Shown here piece by piece: positions 62,311 through 64,000 of a stretch of DNA of 64,000 nt. The translations under genes were made by a program, and so were the position numbers. Source of the stretch: Macrostomum lignano (Eukaryota); NCBI GenBank assembly GCA_002269645.1, contig NIVC01002811.1:1-64000 (forward strand). The letters are read 5' to 3'. How positions within the stretch are numbered: position 1 is the first letter of the stretch; each line of letters starts with the position of its first letter. The notes under the pieces are model-generated. The model saw only the letters and a program-made list of their open reading frames with translations, was not told where the DNA came from and made no database searches.

Positions 62311-64000
62311 TGCGAATTGTTTTTCTTTTGCTTCACCATTTTCCCTGAACTGCTCTTTCTTTCGCTTTCCTCTTGCCTGTCTTGGTTCTTGTGTTTTTTG
62401 GTTTTTGGTTGACTCAATTTTGCGACTTACCCCTGGTCAGCCACGATTTACGGTGGCCGGATCGGCCAGGTCGGCCAGCAGTTGCGCATGTATGTATCAT
62501 ACAGACCTTATAACTTAATAAGAGTTTATCAACAGCTATATATCAATATTTAACTATGGAAAATAGTAAAATCAAGTATAAAAAGTGGTTGATAGTCATT
62601 TCATCTGCTACCAGTTTGTCTATCATTCTTTTGTCTGCAAAAATACAATGCAGTTATTTTGTCTACCAATACAATATTATTATGACATTAATATTCACGT
62701 TTATACAATATTAAAAGGATCATCTAGACTGTATATCTTAAAAATACTCAAAGTTAAGATAACAAAATCATTTTTAAAGTACATATGTATTTAAAAATAT
62801 TACCCAAAAGACCTAACCAAACATTCACTTGACTTGACCTATATACTAACTTTTTGTTTATTACTTTGCAATAGGATAGCAAATGCATTATTATCATTAG
62901 ATGGGGGTAGAGCCAGGGATCATAACAATGCTCACAATAGCCAGCCAATCATGATCATATTCAACTGCAAACTACCTGTCTGGCTACTATTGTCACAAAA
63001 CTTTTTTAATGGATATTTAAATTAAACATAATTTCTTTGAAATGTTGCAATAAACAAAATTACACAAACAAAAGACACTTTAGTCCTTACAATAACTTTT
63101 TGCATGACTTGCAATATCTTATTGTAAAAAAATAGCTTGACAAGTTAGGCCTATGTAGCTATACTTTACTTTTTCTTTTTAATAATCATTTTGTCTGCCA
63201 GTAGATAAAAAGGCGGCAGACAAAATGACTGAATACCTAAAAAGTTGGTTACTAAATTGACCATTGGTATAATCAAAATGTCCTAAGTTGTTACCAAAGT
63301 TATTATTACTAAAATGTCTTGTCACCAAATTGACCTAGGACCTTCTAACTACCCTAAGGCACTGCTATATTGGAAGATTATTGTGTACATAGATGATGTC
63401 TCATAGGCAACTTAAGGCCACTAGTTGTCTAGCCATTTAAAAGAATTAGAGAATAGTAATCTAAAATAAAAAAGTAGACCTCCAGGGTCCAGATCATGTA
63501 GTAATATACACTAGAACAAGAATCCTATCTCAGCTATATATACACCAAAAGCAAAAAATTTCCCTAAAATGTATACCAAAAATTCTGCCTAAAAAGGTCA
63601 TTCAGTTCACGAGTAGAGTTTCTTGAGAAAGGCTTTTGTATGAAAAGTCTTTTTAAAATATTACAAATATTTTCATTTTGAACAAACCTAAATCATTTAA
63701 TCAAACCTATGGAAATAATAATGCAAAATTTATGGTCTTAGCAATCATTTATACTAATTTTATTTATTGTTAATTTTAAAGAAACAAAAGGTTTATCACT
63801 GACTTTCTAGACTATACAAATTTTCTATTATTTCACATAAAAATGTTAAGTTAGTAGGCCTACATTACAATTTTTATGCATGATATCAACAATATTGGTA
63901 CACCAAAAAATGGCATGAATTTGTATGCCAAAATTTTATGCCAACTTTGAAAGGGGTCATTTGCACACTGGAATTTTCTGGCATACATATAACCTAGAGT

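Larger units (their letters stand above)
60171..62494. mobile_element. Non-autonomous DNA transposon, 2324 bp, with 15-bp TIRs and a 9-bp TSD (Mutator-like)
   Basis: TSD TATCATACA at 60162-60170 and 62495-62503; TIR CATACATGCGCAACT at 60171-60185 with its reverse complement at 62480-62494; no transposase ORF inside. Confidence 0.88.
53470..64000. other. AT-rich, CpG-purged domain interrupted by a CpG-rich insertion at 60171-62494
   Basis: Manual reading: no CG at 53470-56040, about 9 at 53470-60000 and about 3 at 62500-64000. CG is common in the genic regions to the left. Confidence 0.9.

Overview
Animal (metazoan) genomic DNA with spliced genes, GT-AG introns and a very high density of minisatellites. 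The style resembles a flatworm such as Macrostomum, but this is an unverified inference. Host genes reconstructed from ORFs and splice phases: an unknown 4-5 exon gene (13.1-19.1 kb, +), a secreted CAP-ShK-kringle protein (-), a prostanoid-receptor-like GPCR (-), an intronless divergent Rab-like GTPase (+), a BarH-like homeobox gene (+) and CAF-1 p60/CHAF1B (-). Mobile DNA: a frameshifted THAP/P-element transposase, an RTE-type LINE fragment, an internally deleted piggyBac, a tRNA-derived SINE with TSD, a decayed spliced MULE-like transposase, and a 2.3-kb non-autonomous TIR element with a 9-bp TSD. About 20 tandem arrays occupy introns and intergenic DNA. The two most unusual signals are (i) a 473-bp insert with a 14-bp TSD whose 184-bp inverted arms each carry a minimal hammerhead-ribozyme motif, about 50 bp upstream of the piggyBac ATG, and (ii) a domain of at least 10 kb almost free of CpG and apparently TpA-rich, whose relic ORFs are broken by CpA>TpA-type stops. 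No rRNA, bona fide tRNA or CRISPR array was seen. All counts and alignments were made by eye.
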